64,000 nucleotides of DNA from Sulfolobales archaeon HS-7 (lineage in GTDB: Archaea; Thermoproteota; Thermoprotei_A; Sulfolobales; Sulfolobaceae): contig AP024596.1 of assembly GCA_019704295.1 (NCBI GenBank), positions 1,696,001 through 1,760,000 on the forward strand, written 5' to 3'. Numbering within the stretch: position 1 is the stretch's first letter; each line of letters begins with the position of its first letter. Shown here in pieces: positions 29,029 through 40,470 of the stretch. Position numbers and translations under genes: made by a program. The notes below the pieces were generated by a model. That model had not been told where the DNA came from. It did not search any database and saw nothing but the letters and a program-made list of their open reading frames with translations.

Positions 29029-29523
29029 TTATTCCCTTAAGTAGAGGTATACCAGAATACCTGCAACAATAAAACCTGTGTATACTATGATATCTTGGTA
29101 GAAATTGTGTAGAAATCTACCTATAATAGCTCCTATTATAACTACTATTAAGAATCCGAACATGCCGTTTCCAAGTCTTAGAATATCCGAACCTATCTTT
29201 GGTTTTATCTGGTAAACCGCATCAATCAAGTTTATTAAAAACGGGATCAATCCGATTAGTGAAAAATAACCGAATTCCCTAATACTCGAAGAGAGTACTA
29301 GGAAAGTTGCTATCGTTAAACCCGCAGCGTATGCAGTAGAAAAGTATAAAGAAGAAATTGCGTTTTTTATTCCACTCCAGAATCTATATCTGACCATTAA
29401 AAATATAGTTATAAGAAGGCCTACCGTGCTAGACCCAATAAATAAATAAAGATTCAAAGACACTGATGTTAATGGTAAGACAACAAGTAAAAGTGAAAGC
29501 CCTAATATTTCATAACGATTCAT
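29029..29523 (-). CDS. Hypothetical integral membrane protein
   Basis: 164 aa with about 6 hydrophobic segments; no class III signal. Confidence 0.7.
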   Translation of the reverse strand: MNRYEILGLSLLLVVLPLTSVSLNLYLFIGSSTVGLLITIFLMVRYRFWSGIKNAISSLYFSTAYAAGLTIATFLVLSSSIREFGYFSLIGLIPFLINLIDAVYQIKPKIGSDILRLGNGMFGFLIVVIIGAIIGRFLHNFYQDIIVYTGFIVAGILVYLYLRE

Positions 29524-29962
29524 CGTATAAAAGTAATATAAGAGATTAATATATTCTACGCAAAAGGTGAAATACTTTAATTAATGAAAACAAATTTTGT
29601 AATTAGCTCCGTTTAGAACGCGTTGAGACTAAGAAGATTAATATTTGATCTTCTTGTAGGCAGCAAGTAAGCCCTAACTTAGTACATAACCTTATACCTC
29701 TAAGATAGACATACTAACTTTGATGTGATTCACGTCTCTTTTCCGAATTTAATTCATTTATAAAATAAGATGAATTTAATTAAATATCATCGTATGGAGT
29801 GAGTAAGGATTAGCACTCAACAATTTCCTTTATTTAATCCCTATTTACCATAACTACGATTCGCAATGGAAATCTGAATCACCTACCTTCGTTATATACA
29901 CTAAATTCTCGTACCTATTTAAAGAATAAAGTATATATTATTGCCCATAAATATCATATTCA

Positions 29963-31798
29963 ATGGCTAAAAGAAAAGGAGGTAACACTCCAGAGATAAT
30001 TCCTAGAAGGAGTTCAACGGAATTAATATTTAGAAATACCTCACTGGCGAAATCGCTAGCAAAGGGATATGAAATTAAACTAAAGCAGGCAGGACTAAGC
30101 ATAGATCCTCTGTCATATGCATCTACGATGCTATTTTACCTAATTATAGGGTCCGTGAGTGGTGTTGCAATTGCAGCTGTAGGTATCGCTTTAATTTTTA
30201 AATTCTATATATTAGCAATTGTTAAAAATCCAAAGATAATAATTATAGCTCTACCTTTAATACTCTTTGGCATGCTTATGCCAATTATTCTATACTTAGC
30301 ACTTAATGCGAATATATCTGAGAAAATTGATAAATTGAAGGTAGGATTAGATAGCGAGACCCCAATATTCTCAGCGGTCTTCCTCGTGTATATTCGATCG
30401 GGACTAAATCCTGGTTACCTTTTTGAACAGCTAGCTGAGAGTAAAGCCTTTAATAACATTAGGAAGTTCTCATCTTACATAACCAAGAGAGTAAAATACG
30501 TAGGAGGAGGAATAGAGGAAGCATTGTTATCCGCAGGTACTATTTCTCCCTCAAAGACGTTCAGAGATTTACTATTTACATACGTTACTGCTATTAGAAC
30601 TGGAGCTCCAGTTGTCAATACATTGGCTGCTAAGGCTCAAGATATTCTTAAGGACTTCGAAGTTCTCACTGAGAAAGCCGCCGATAATCTCTCAGGGCTC
30701 GCTGAAGGTTACGTTATATACCTCTCCTCTGGATATATTTTCTTCTTCTTAGCTGCGATAATGTCTGGACTGTTTCCCACATTTAAAATACCTTTACCCG
30801 TCCTAGCGATACTCGCCATATTTGTAATCCCGATGGCTAATTTTGTATTCACGTTCTGGGCGGATAAAATACAGGTTAAGTTTCCAGAAGAAACAATGAA
30901 AGCGTATAAGATTTTCTTCATATCTTTTCCAGTGGGAATTGCAGTGACAATTGTGCTTTTAGCATTAACAAAGCAATTACTACCTCTAATAACATTAACA
31001 GGGGGCCTTAACAACATTAACCTGACTTCTATAGACATAGCTGTAGGTCTAATAATAGCCTCAATTCCGCCTTATATTGAAACTAAGAAGGAATTAGGTA
31101 GTCGTTCTGGATATAACGAGTACATTGTTAGGTTTCTAAGGGCTATTGGGGAGGGACTTAGGGCTGGTCTTTCCCCTCAATCCGTGATGGAGAGACTTAG
31201 GGATGCAAGCGAAATGGGAAAGTTCAGAACTATATTATCAGAAGTTACGGCGATCCTCATGTTCGGAGTGTCCTTAAAGGACGCATTTAAGATCGGTGCG
31301 TCAAAAATAAGAGACTTCACAGCAAAAGTAGCTATGGTGTCGCTTGCTGATATGCTAGAGATAGGAAGTATGACACCTGATACAATTGAAAGTATAGCAG
31401 AACAAATTGACACCCAACTCTCTTCAGAGAAAAGGTATAGAGAGAAAATCAAAATCCTCATAATAAGCCCCTACCTTGCGATATTTCTCTCTCTATTTGC
31501 CTCAGTTGTTCTAGGCGCATCAATTGTAAAGCTATTTAGCGTAACAACACTACCAGCTTTCAGTTACGGCAATCTCGAACAAGCTATCATAGAATTACCG
31601 AGAATAACTTACGTAATAGGAATTTCTTCAATAATTAACGCTTTCTTCGCGGGGTTTTTTGTAGGTAAACTGCAAACTGGTAAGACTGCATCGGGTTTCT
31701 TACATTGTATAATACTTACAGTAATATCCACTGTTATGGTAATAATTGCGCCGCATTTAACTTTAGTATTTCCTCACACATCTACACCGACTATTTAA
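29963..31798 (+). CDS. aapF: T4P membrane platform protein, Aap type
   Basis: Two T2SSF domains (YIRSGL...YVTAIRTGA; FLRAIGEGLRAGLS); upstream of an ATPase and an AapX-like gene. Confidence 0.82.
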   Translation: MAKRKGGNTPEIIPRRSSTELIFRNTSLAKSLAKGYEIKLKQAGLSIDPLSYASTMLFYLIIGSVSGVAIAAVGIALIFKFYILAIVKNPKIIIIALPLILFGMLMPIILYLALNANISEKIDKLKVGLDSETPIFSAVFLVYIRSGLNPGYLFEQLAESKAFNNIRKFSSYITKRVKYVGGGIEEALLSAGTISPSKTFRDLLFTYVTAIRTGAPVVNTLAAKAQDILKDFEVLTEKAADNLSGLAEGYVIYLSSGYIFFFLAAIMSGLFPTFKIPLPVLAILAIFVIPMANFVFTFWADKIQVKFPEETMKAYKIFFISFPVGIAVTIVLLALTKQLLPLITLTGGLNNINLTSIDIAVGLIIASIPPYIETKKELGSRSGYNEYIVRFLRAIGEGLRAGLSPQSVMERLRDASEMGKFRTILSEVTAILMFGVSLKDAFKIGASKIRDFTAKVAMVSLADMLEIGSMTPDTIESIAEQIDTQLSSEKRYREKIKILIISPYLAIFLSLFASVVLGASIVKLFSVTTLPAFSYGNLEQAIIELPRITYVIGISSIINAFFAGFFVGKLQTGKTASGFLHCIILTVISTVMVIIAPHLTLVFPHTSTPTI

Positions 31799-31831
31799 TC
31801 TTTATATATATGTACTACAATATTATATTAA

Positions 31832-33532
31832 ATGGTACCAATAAAGTTTCCGAAAAAAAACAATAAGGTTACCATTGACACTAATAAAGAACTTAGTGAG
31901 ATGCCTTTGACGCTTATCCCGTTTTACACGATAAGTCCAGAGGAGTTAAATCAAATCGTAGCTGACTATGAAGTGGATATTACTAAAACAATCCCTAGTG
32001 ACGTAATAACTGAGCTGCAAAATAATAGAATAGATACGGAAATAGCGCTACCACATGTCTTTATTGCGTATGATGACAATAAAGGGCTATACACGTATAA
32101 CGTGGTCGAACCAGAAATAGATTCGACAGCAATGTCTATTTACATTGATATAATTGGAACATTAGAACGGAAACTTATTGAGGAAGGTTCAAAGCTTTCA
32201 ATATCGTCAATAATAAAGGACGTTGCAAGTCTTCATAAGACGCTAATAAATACAGAAGACCAAACAAGATTAACGCTGAGTACGCCAGGAAAGATCGCCT
32301 TATACTATTTCTTCAGGAATGTCTTTGGGTATAATATACTCACCACGTTACTTACGGACCCGCGAATTGAAGACATATCTATAGGTGGAATAGGACAACC
32401 CGTTTACGTCTATCACAGAGAATATGAGTATATACCTACAAATATCACAATAAATGATATAATGAAAGTTAATAATGTGATCAAGGATGGAAAAGAACTT
32501 TTGGATCAAATTCTCCTAAGATTTGTATTTTTAGCGAATAAGACTATATCAATTGCCAACCCGATCGCTGATGGAGTTCTTCCCACGGGTTCACGTATAG
32601 CAGCGACTTTTCGAAACGAGATATCAGTCAGAGGTTCAAGTATGGTGATAAGAAAGTTCGCTGGAAGACCAATTACTGTACTCGACCTCATAAATAGCAA
32701 CGTTATGTCGCCTGAAGCTGCCGCATTTTTATGGTATGCAATAGACATGAAAATGACGTTCATGGTAATGGGCGTTACTGGTGCAGGAAAAACCACAGTG
32801 CTTAATGCGATTCTCAACTTAGTCAAGGACACTAATAAGATAGTATCCATAGAGGATATCCCTGAATTAAGGCTGGCTAATGAGAATTGGATACAGCTTG
32901 TCAGCCGACCCGCTTACGGAGATACTGGGAAGGAAATCTCTCTAATGGATTTAGTAAAACTCTCACTAAGGTATAGGCCGGATATAATAATTGTAGGAGA
33001 AATAAGGGGGCAGGAGGCCTACGTTTTATTTCAAGCGATCTCTACCGGGCATGGAGGCGCTACAACCTTCCACGCATACGATATAGATTCCGCCACGAAA
33101 AGACTGATAAACAACCCATTGAATATACCAGAGGCATGGATTCCTATGATGAATTTAGGAATCGTCGTCAGAAGACTTCCGGTCTTTATAGGAGATAAAA
33201 TGGTATTAAGAAGAAGAATTGTATCAATTGATGAGATAGTTGAGTATAACGATTTTAGAAGAGTAGTAAGCTGGGATCCAAGACGTGACGCTCATGTACT
33301 CGATATTGAGAATTCAAAAGTTATGAGAAACAGACTCGAAGAGTCGGGAAAGACCTTAGAAGAAGCCAAGGAGGAGATAGAAAGAAGAACAGCATATTTG
33401 AAAGCGTTAACTAAAATACCACAAATAGTCCAAAGCGATGAGAGTTATAAGGAGCTTAAAAAGTACATAGTGAAGTATAGTATAAGACCAGAGGAAGCGA
33501 TAAAGGAAGTTACGATGCAGGTCAGGACGTGA
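31832..33532 (+). CDS. aapE: T4P assembly ATPase, Aap type
   Basis: GVTGAGKTT, SIEDIPEL, RPDIIIVGEIRG and TGHGGATTFHA motifs; flanked by aapF-like and aapX-like genes. Confidence 0.85.
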   Translation: MVPIKFPKKNNKVTIDTNKELSEMPLTLIPFYTISPEELNQIVADYEVDITKTIPSDVITELQNNRIDTEIALPHVFIAYDDNKGLYTYNVVEPEIDSTAMSIYIDIIGTLERKLIEEGSKLSISSIIKDVASLHKTLINTEDQTRLTLSTPGKIALYYFFRNVFGYNILTTLLTDPRIEDISIGGIGQPVYVYHREYEYIPTNITINDIMKVNNVIKDGKELLDQILLRFVFLANKTISIANPIADGVLPTGSRIAATFRNEISVRGSSMVIRKFAGRPITVLDLINSNVMSPEAAAFLWYAIDMKMTFMVMGVTGAGKTTVLNAILNLVKDTNKIVSIEDIPELRLANENWIQLVSRPAYGDTGKEISLMDLVKLSLRYRPDIIIVGEIRGQEAYVLFQAISTGHGGATTFHAYDIDSATKRLINNPLNIPEAWIPMMNLGIVVRRLPVFIGDKMVLRRRIVSIDEIVEYNDFRRVVSWDPRRDAHVLDIENSKVMRNRLEESGKTLEEAKEEIERRTAYLKALTKIPQIVQSDESYKELKKYIVKYSIRPEEAIKEVTMQVRT

Positions 33533-33721
33533 ATACACCGCTTTGATATAAAAAACAATCTTAATTAGTTGAACACATTCACTAGTTTTATAAGTTATTT
33601 CCTTTTAAGTTAAAAAAAGAACATGTAGAATAAAATTTCTGATTATCTGAATTATAGAGAATTGCGAACTAAAACTTTTATTATTTTAAAGTAATCAGGT
33701 ATATAAGGTTAGAGTGACGGC

Positions 33722-35959
33722 TTGATGTTAGATGCGTCCATATTCAGTAGAGCAATGAGCGGTATGAATGTTGACGATTTGAAGAAACTTCAAGCTGACA
33801 CCGACGTACTCATTCTGGGAAGAGGGACTTCAATGACAGGGACTATCTTAGGAATAAAGGCTAAAAGAACAGATATAGCGAAGGATAAACTTGATAATGG
33901 GAAATTAATAGAAAAAGATACCGAGAGAGATGGACTATACTATTACAGGGTAGCGGCTGGAGCTAAGTTCTCTGACGTTATATCAACGCTTTCGAGCGAA
34001 AATATGGTACCTGCTATCTTCCCTCTATATTTGGAGGGAACAGTTGGAGGGTTTGTAGCGACTAATGGTTCTGGATTCGGAAGTTACAGATATGGATTCG
34101 TCTCCTTTAAAAAGAAAACTGGAGAGCTAATTGATAATAACGTAGCTAAGATTGCCGCTGTACCTTACATGGAGCTAATTGAGACAGATTACGAGGTAGA
34201 CATAGCTTGGTCGGGTCTTATAATACAGGATGCTGTAAAATATTATGTTCCCCAGGATCTTGCAGAAAAGGTAGGTATAAATGGTAAGCCGGTTAAAATT
34301 AGCGAAATAATCGCTATCATAAATTCAATGGTATCCCTTTCCTTCTCTCGTGAATATATACCAGTTATCTTGAGAGGGGAAGTAGGGATTAAGGATAAAA
34401 TTCCAAATTTTTTTACCCCAATAATAGGTTACGTGATAAAGTATAACTCTCCGGACGCCCAAAATGTAATACTAGGTAAAGTTAAACAGTCAGAATTAGA
34501 TGAATTATTCAAGTTCCTAAAAAAGGAAACCAAGATCCTGCCTTTTCCCTCCTTGACAACGTACACAGAAGTACACAAAAAAATTATGAATGATTATAAA
34601 GGAGTAAAAATACCGACGAAGTACGTAAGCATTAAGGACGCTTTCCTCGACGCAACAATGTGTATCAACTGTGGAAAATGTATAGATACATGTAAGGCCT
34701 TTGAAGTGTCCCGAAATTTAGATAACTCTGCTGTAGGGAGATTGAATAGAGTATCAATAGGTGAGACGGATTTCCTACCATGCTTCGGTTGCACAAGATG
34801 CGAGGAAGTTTGCCCGGTGGGAATTAAGATATCTAGTATAACTGAAATACTACCTAGATTAAGTAAAGAGAGAAAAATAGAACCAATAGAAACTTCCCCT
34901 GCTACTCCCATGGCAAGGTCACTAGAGGCAAAAATTGACGAAAAATACAGAAATAGACCGCCTGTCTTACTTTTCGTGGGCTGTACATCAAAGTATGACC
35001 CTGTAGGATTAGAAGGATTTCTACAGTTCCTACTTGATTACGGAGATGAACTAAAGGCTTCTCCTCGGGCAAGACTTATTGACGACATTTCATGTAGTTT
35101 CAACAAATACGTTGCAGGCGACGTTGAAGGGGCGAAAAATGAACTCATGAAAATTGTAGAGAAGAAGAAGATAAATAACGCTGAATCCGTATACTTTCTA
35201 TGCCCAGAGGAAATGTACGTTTATCAAAACCTTATTGACAAAAACGTTAAGTTGGGATATGAACTACTTAAGGACAAAATATCAGTTAATATTCATAAGG
35301 GATGCTGGTTGAAGAAATTAGGTATTGTTAACAATTCTGACGAATGTGCTGGTAATTACTATACCGTTTATATGAATAATCTGGTCAAATCATACATTAG
35401 GGACACACCAGTTTGCCCTTTCGCCTCATGGAAAACTGGAAAACCGTCAGTTTACGCATTATTTAGGAAAAATATTTCTGAGGAAGTAAAAACCCAAGCT
35501 AAAGTAAATAAAGAATTAAATTTGAGCGAAATATTTTATTTAGCCATAAGAGAGGCTACCTTGAATTCAGCGGAATATATGGCCGATAAGTTAAATAATT
35601 GGAAATTAGGAGGCAGGAATTTTTACAAGAGTATTATAACACCTTATGTAAAAAAGGAGTTATATGTAGCCCTTGTAGGAAAGTTAAAGACTATTAAGGA
35701 TGAATTAAAAGAACGGAGCATAGACGATCCTTATTTACAAGCAGAGATTGACAAAGCTGTCGATGAAATAAAGGGAATGAGTTGGGAACCTTTGTTGATG
35801 GAAATTAGAAATAGAGTTATTAATTCAGCTAAACTCGACTATTTAAACAGGACAATTGCAGAATCGAAGGAGTTTCTAGACGTTCTTAGTGAAATAGCAT
35901 CATCTATGATACAAAAAAATATAATTATAGATGCAATACGAACAGTATATTATTCATAA
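33722..35959 (+). CDS. aapX: FAD-binding/4Fe-4S oxidoreductase-like protein AapX
   Basis: PCMH-type FAD motif GTVGGFVATNGSG, CINCGKCIDTC and CFGCTRCEEVCP; linked to the T4P ATPase. Confidence 0.78.
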   Translation: MMLDASIFSRAMSGMNVDDLKKLQADTDVLILGRGTSMTGTILGIKAKRTDIAKDKLDNGKLIEKDTERDGLYYYRVAAGAKFSDVISTLSSENMVPAIFPLYLEGTVGGFVATNGSGFGSYRYGFVSFKKKTGELIDNNVAKIAAVPYMELIETDYEVDIAWSGLIIQDAVKYYVPQDLAEKVGINGKPVKISEIIAIINSMVSLSFSREYIPVILRGEVGIKDKIPNFFTPIIGYVIKYNSPDAQNVILGKVKQSELDELFKFLKKETKILPFPSLTTYTEVHKKIMNDYKGVKIPTKYVSIKDAFLDATMCINCGKCIDTCKAFEVSRNLDNSAVGRLNRVSIGETDFLPCFGCTRCEEVCPVGIKISSITEILPRLSKERKIEPIETSPATPMARSLEAKIDEKYRNRPPVLLFVGCTSKYDPVGLEGFLQFLLDYGDELKASPRARLIDDISCSFNKYVAGDVEGAKNELMKIVEKKKINNAESVYFLCPEEMYVYQNLIDKNVKLGYELLKDKISVNIHKGCWLKKLGIVNNSDECAGNYYTVYMNNLVKSYIRDTPVCPFASWKTGKPSVYALFRKNISEEVKTQAKVNKELNLSEIFYLAIREATLNSAEYMADKLNNWKLGGRNFYKSIITPYVKKELYVALVGKLKTIKDELKERSIDDPYLQAEIDKAVDEIKGMSWEPLLMEIRNRVINSAKLDYLNRTIAESKEFLDVLSEIASSMIQKNIIIDAIRTVYYS

Positions 35960-36170
35960 CATTAACTAATTTTCAGTAAGTACTAGTCTAAAGATTATAA
36001 GTTCAAGATATAAGAATAACACATGTTCCGGAGTTTAATGGTAGTATTGTCTATAGAGTATTACGAGAGGTTAAATGTCTTGCTAATATCTAGAACTAAA
36101 GGCCGGTTTAGCAACTCTACATTAATTATTAGACAGTTGTAAAGTTTCGGCTTAGTAAACACTCCCATTG

Positions 36171-36428
36171 TTGACAGAAGGGGATTCGTCCCTCTCAGCT
36201 ACCCCTTTACCTAAAGGACTCTACACTCTATGAGGGCCGTACCCCTGAAGTTAACGTTAGTATCCTAGATAGGACCGCTCATATGGGCAGAGGCATTCCA
36301 CATGGATCTTAGCTTAGACCTCACGAAATAGCTTTCTCCGTGGATGACTACCGTTTATATTCTGGGCGCTAAGCGATAGTCAAACTTATAAAAAGGGACT
36401 ATTCGCCCTTGCAGGTCTTCCTCCCCTT
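36171..36428 (-). mobile_element. Non-autonomous IS200/IS605-derived miniature element (decayed)
   Basis: The - strand starts AAGGGGAGGAAGACC...GGGCGAATAGTCCCTTTTTATAAG (like the 48.9-kb left end) and ends GAGGGACGAATCCCCTTCTGTCAA. GC-rich island in an AT-rich spacer; no ORF. Confidence 0.55.
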
Positions 36429-36901
36429 TGAATTTCCAAATGAAGATAAAGGGACTAAGATACACCGAATCACTTAGTTACGCCGAGATCCACTAGATCA
36501 AACCTGTTCGATAAGCTGAACATATATAACAAGGAACCCATGAGGAGCGTAATAATAGTAAACCAAATCTTTCCTTTCGTCTACTGAACCAGAAGATGTT
36601 CGTTCCCTAATTCAGGGAGATTCAGGTATACATCGCGAATTGTAATTATTGCATGTAAAGATTAAATAAAGGAAATTGTTAAGTGCGAATCTCTACCTAG
36701 TCCATACGATTGGATTTAATTAAATTCATTCTATGTCTCTAAATAAACCGAATTCGCAATTAACACATGAACAGTCAGTAATCCATGCGAATGATCATCC
36801 ACTACGATTAAAGTGAGAAAAATCACTTTTTTTAAAAATATGTAGAGAATATTAGCCCCAGGATGTTTTCGCAGTCTTAAGCTCGTTGACGAATAGCTAA
36901 T

Positions 36902-37414
36902 TTACGCCGTCCTTCTTACGGAGCTAACTATTATTTTCCTTGCCTCTTCCACATCACCCCATCCGGATATTTTAACCCATTTGTTAGGTTCAAGTTCCTT
37001 ATAATGTTCGAAGAAGTGTACTATCTTATTCTTTACATGTTCATTTATATCCTTAACGTCCTTTATGGATGAAAAGCTAGGATCTATTTTATCCTTGGGA
37101 ACGGCTATTATCTTCTCATCGTTTCCCTCTTCATCTTGCATTTTCATAACGCCTACAGGCCTGGCCTCCACAACTGTTCCTGGTAAAAACGGAACGTTAG
37201 CTATTATCAATACATCTAAGGGATCTCCGTCGTCAGCCATAGTTCCCGGTATAAAACCATAGTTAAACGGATAAACCATCGACGTATAGAGAACCCTATC
37301 TACTTTAATTACTCCTTGTTCTTCATCGTATTCATACTTTACATTCGAACCCATCGGAATTTCAACAAGCACATTCACAAGTTCTGGGGTTTTATTCCCT
37401 GGACTAAGTTTCAT
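36902..37414 (-). CDS. ppa: Inorganic pyrophosphatase
   Basis: [26 protein letters not shown] and [10 protein letters not shown] motifs. Confidence 0.97.
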   Translation of the reverse strand: MKLSPGNKTPELVNVLVEIPMGSNVKYEYDEEQGVIKVDRVLYTSMVYPFNYGFIPGTMADDGDPLDVLIIANVPFLPGTVVEARPVGVMKMQDEEGNDEKIIAVPKDKIDPSFSSIKDVKDINEHVKNKIVHFFEHYKELEPNKWVKISGWGDVEEARKIIVSSVRRTA

Positions 37415-37423
37415 AGAGATGCA

Positions 37424-37960
37424 TTACAAGTTTAAGTTATAAGTTTTTAGGAGTTCCAACACAGAATCCCTTGCAAAAGAATAATCTCTGTCAAGATAAT
37501 CTTTAAGTTGTTTCATATATGTTTCCTTTATTTCGGAGGTATCAGGGGCAATCTTCTCGTATCTTATAGCTTGGATAATTGAAGAAATAATATCACCTAA
37601 TTTCGCTAGTTTCGCCTCATAGGTACTCCTCTCTTTTAATTCCTTAGCATATTCCTTTGGTACTCCTAGCCCAAGCAGCGCCTCAAATTCGACGTTGTCT
37701 TTCTCTTGAATTCTTTCTGATGCCCACTTCGGAATATCCCCTAGAAGAACCTCCCCCACATCATGGAGTAAGGCCAAAGTCGACGCCCTATCACAATTTA
37801 CATTGATATCCTTAAGTGAGATGCATATATTTAGAGTTAATATAGCGGCCTCAAAACTATGTTCGGCTACTGTCTCCCCTAACGCAGGGGGAACTCCCCT
37901 TTGCATCCATCCGGTTCGAATTAGATTCTTAGTACCCGCTGTAATTCTCTCAATATTCAA
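37424..37960 (-). CDS. HD-domain hydrolase (YfbR/5'-deoxynucleotidase-like)
   Basis: RTGW, ETVAEHS and LLHDVGE...GDIP motifs. Confidence 0.88.
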   Translation of the reverse strand: MNIERITAGTKNLIRTGWMQRGVPPALGETVAEHSFEAAILTLNICISLKDINVNCDRASTLALLHDVGEVLLGDIPKWASERIQEKDNVEFEALLGLGVPKEYAKELKERSTYEAKLAKLGDIISSIIQAIRYEKIAPDTSEIKETYMKQLKDYLDRDYSFARDSVLELLKTYNLNL

Positions 37961-39288
37961 ATCATTTCCACCACGCTGTTCAATGTTTTTAAAAATTTAT
38001 CCACATCCCTTTCCCAAAATCTAATCATAGCTTCTTTACCTTTCATACCCCTATCAAATATAACGTTACTTAAGCTCTGCGAATTGGCGACTATTTTCCC
38101 TATCCACGCCATAGTCCCCCCCTCCGGACCAGAGGGCTCTTCCTCCCTGTTAATTTCAAGGGGAACGTAACCCAATTTCCTAAACGCTTCGAGAATTCCT
38201 TCATCAAACCTTATGTTCATCAAAATCACAGCGTTAATCCCATTTCCTATTAAGGAATGAAGTAGTCTTGCAGTATGGGTAGTCCTGCAGAATACAGGTG
38301 GATTATTTACTTTTACCTGATCGTCTCCATACTTGGTTATTCTCCCTTTAAACGTAGCAATATCACAAAGGTCTATTACGTATCTCGGGTCGGATGCGTG
38401 AGCAATATTCGATTGAACCTCAGGTATTAGTTTATAAAAACCTCGCTTATTCGCAACGAAGTTATCAATTTCTAACATATTAACATAAGTTTTCCAACGG
38501 GCTCTCTCTCTATGTAGGTGAGCTAAAGGCTGGAATACGCTGTTGCCTAGGCCAGGAGTTTTACTAAATTCTATTCCTATCTCCATTAACTCTATTGACT
38601 TTCTTAACCCGTCCTTCACACTGTAACCTTGAGCTAGAAAGCCTGCCAGATATGACGCTAAAGCAGAACCTGTTCCGTGTACGGTGTTCCTAATGCTCCT
38701 TTTATGGCGGAACTCCACTACCTCTTCCTCCGTAAACAGTATATCTACGACCTCATTTAGTGGAAGATGTCCTCCTTTTATTATAATATTTCTTACGTTG
38801 AAGACATCGTAAATTTTCCTTGCCGCGACCTTCATTGTATCTACATCAGTTATCCTTACTCCTGTTAATTTTTCTGCCTCAGGAACGTTTGGAGTAATGG
38901 CTAGCGAGTCCTTTACTATATACTTCGTATATTCATCGAAATCCTTTATCAGGGTCGTCCCATCCTTAGCAATTATTACAGGGTCTACTACGAATTTCTT
39001 ATCAGTGAGGAGTTGTCTCACGATCCTTGCTTGCCCACCCGTGTAAATCATTCCAGTTTTCGCATAGGGAAAGTCGAAATCCTCCTTAAGCACCTCTATT
39101 TGCTTGGCTAAAACCTCTTCGGGAATAGGGAATATTCCCCTAATCCCTAAGGAATTTTGGAAAGTTATTGCAGTCTGTACTCCTATCCCATGTACACCTA
39201 TGGATTCCAGCGTTTTAAGGTCAGACTCTACTCCTGCTCCATTACCTGTGTCAAACCCCCCTATTGTTAATACTACGTCTTTATCCAT
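37957..39288 (-). CDS. thiDN: HMP(P) kinase / thiamine-phosphate synthase fusion
   Basis: [22 protein letters not shown] and HGTG (ThiD); [14 protein letters not shown] and GKEAMI (ThiN). Confidence 0.92.
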   Translation of the reverse strand: MDKDVVLTIGGFDTGNGAGVESDLKTLESIGVHGIGVQTAITFQNSLGIRGIFPIPEEVLAKQIEVLKEDFDFPYAKTGMIYTGGQARIVRQLLTDKKFVVDPVIIAKDGTTLIKDFDEYTKYIVKDSLAITPNVPEAEKLTGVRITDVDTMKVAARKIYDVFNVRNIIIKGGHLPLNEVVDILFTEEEVVEFRHKRSIRNTVHGTGSALASYLAGFLAQGYSVKDGLRKSIELMEIGIEFSKTPGLGNSVFQPLAHLHRERARWKTYVNMLEIDNFVANKRGFYKLIPEVQSNIAHASDPRYVIDLCDIATFKGRITKYGDDQVKVNNPPVFCRTTHTARLLHSLIGNGINAVILMNIRFDEGILEAFRKLGYVPLEINREEEPSGPEGGTMAWIGKIVANSQSLSNVIFDRGMKGKEAMIRFWERDVDKFLKTLNSVVEMI

Positions 39289-39973
39289 TCTTCTTTACCC
39301 TCGTGTTTCCCGCAACTACCCAAAACTCTCCGTCATCCCTACGCTCTAATTTCCAAATTCCAGTAGTATGCTTTACTAATTCCAAAGCCTCCTCAACTGC
39401 TCTTATTGCGTCCTTTCTCCCCCTCCCCAAGGCCATTATCAGAATAACGTCATCGCCAGGATGGATATCTCCAATTACATGAACGATCTTCAGTTTTAAT
39501 AGGTCGCGGTATTTACTTTCTATTTCGCGCCTTATCTCCTCCAATCTTTTTCTAGTGTAGTCCTCATAGACCTCATATGATAACGAGGAAACCTTATGCC
39601 CTTCTACAATACCCTTCACGAAACCGAGGTAAATAACTAACGAACCTGCCTCCTCGGGAGCTTCCTTTCTAAATTGGGCAATTTCGTTTAAGAGATCCAA
39701 TCGTTTTCCAATGAGCAACTCGCCCCCCGAAGGAGGGGGGAGGAATGCAACCTCTGCTCCGTCAGTTAAATTATTATCTATTTTTCCATTGACAAGGATC
39801 GAGATTCTTATCGAACCTATGCCATACTTTATTATATTGTAGAACTTTTCTCCATATTCCTTAGATAACTCTTTCACCAAACAATCTACATCGTTACATG
39901 ACGTCTCGATATCCTCTTCCGCTCTTCCTGTAAGATCTCTTAGAAGTGCGAAATATCTTATATGTAGTTTCAT
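39281..39973 (-). CDS. MoaD-MoaE fusion (molybdopterin synthase)
   Basis: Ubiquitin-like domain ending PPPSGG, followed by MoaE (GFVKG, VH, IWKLE). Confidence 0.9.
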   Translation of the reverse strand: MKLHIRYFALLRDLTGRAEEDIETSCNDVDCLVKELSKEYGEKFYNIIKYGIGSIRISILVNGKIDNNLTDGAEVAFLPPPSGGELLIGKRLDLLNEIAQFRKEAPEEAGSLVIYLGFVKGIVEGHKVSSLSYEVYEDYTRKRLEEIRREIESKYRDLLKLKIVHVIGDIHPGDDVILIMALGRGRKDAIRAVEEALELVKHTTGIWKLERRDDGEFWVVAGNTRVKKNG

Positions 39974-40240
39974 AAATCTAAACTAGGTTATGTAAATATT
40001 ATTTTTACACGTTTTGAGGCGGGCTAAGATGTTCTGATCACTGCTACCCGACGACGCTAGTAATTCCTTAATTAAATGTTACGCCAACATTCACTATAGT
40101 TTTACGCGAGAGTAAATGCGCAAAAAAGCTAACTCATCAGCATAACTCCTAATGGTACGTAGTGACAAAAGCTTGTATTCCATCGCTTAGTAAGATTATT
40201 ACTAAACGTTATGACAGTACACCAGACATTCTTAGATTAT

Positions 40241-40470
40241 GTGAACTAGCCCCACCGACAGACTTCCTGATTCACAACTACGTCTTGCTGGTCGTAGAGG
40301 GCCCCACAGGCTCTGAGGGTCGTACCGACCACGAGGTGAGCTTAACACCGATGTATTACACCACTGATGGGAGCAGAGGCGAACGGCGTAGACGCTTTCT
40401 TATGCGTCTCGGTAACGCTTACTCCTTCGCGAATATCACTGAGCTGAGTGCGTCCCTTTTCACATCTAAC
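40241..40470 (-). mobile_element. IS200/IS605 right-end (omegaRNA-type) remnant
   Basis: The - strand ends GGTCGGTACGACCCTCAGAGCCTGTGGGG...CAGCAAG...GTGAATCAGGAAG...GGGGCTAGTTCAC. It shares GCCTGTGG, CAGGAA and TTCAC with the 48.6-kb element. Confidence 0.62.
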
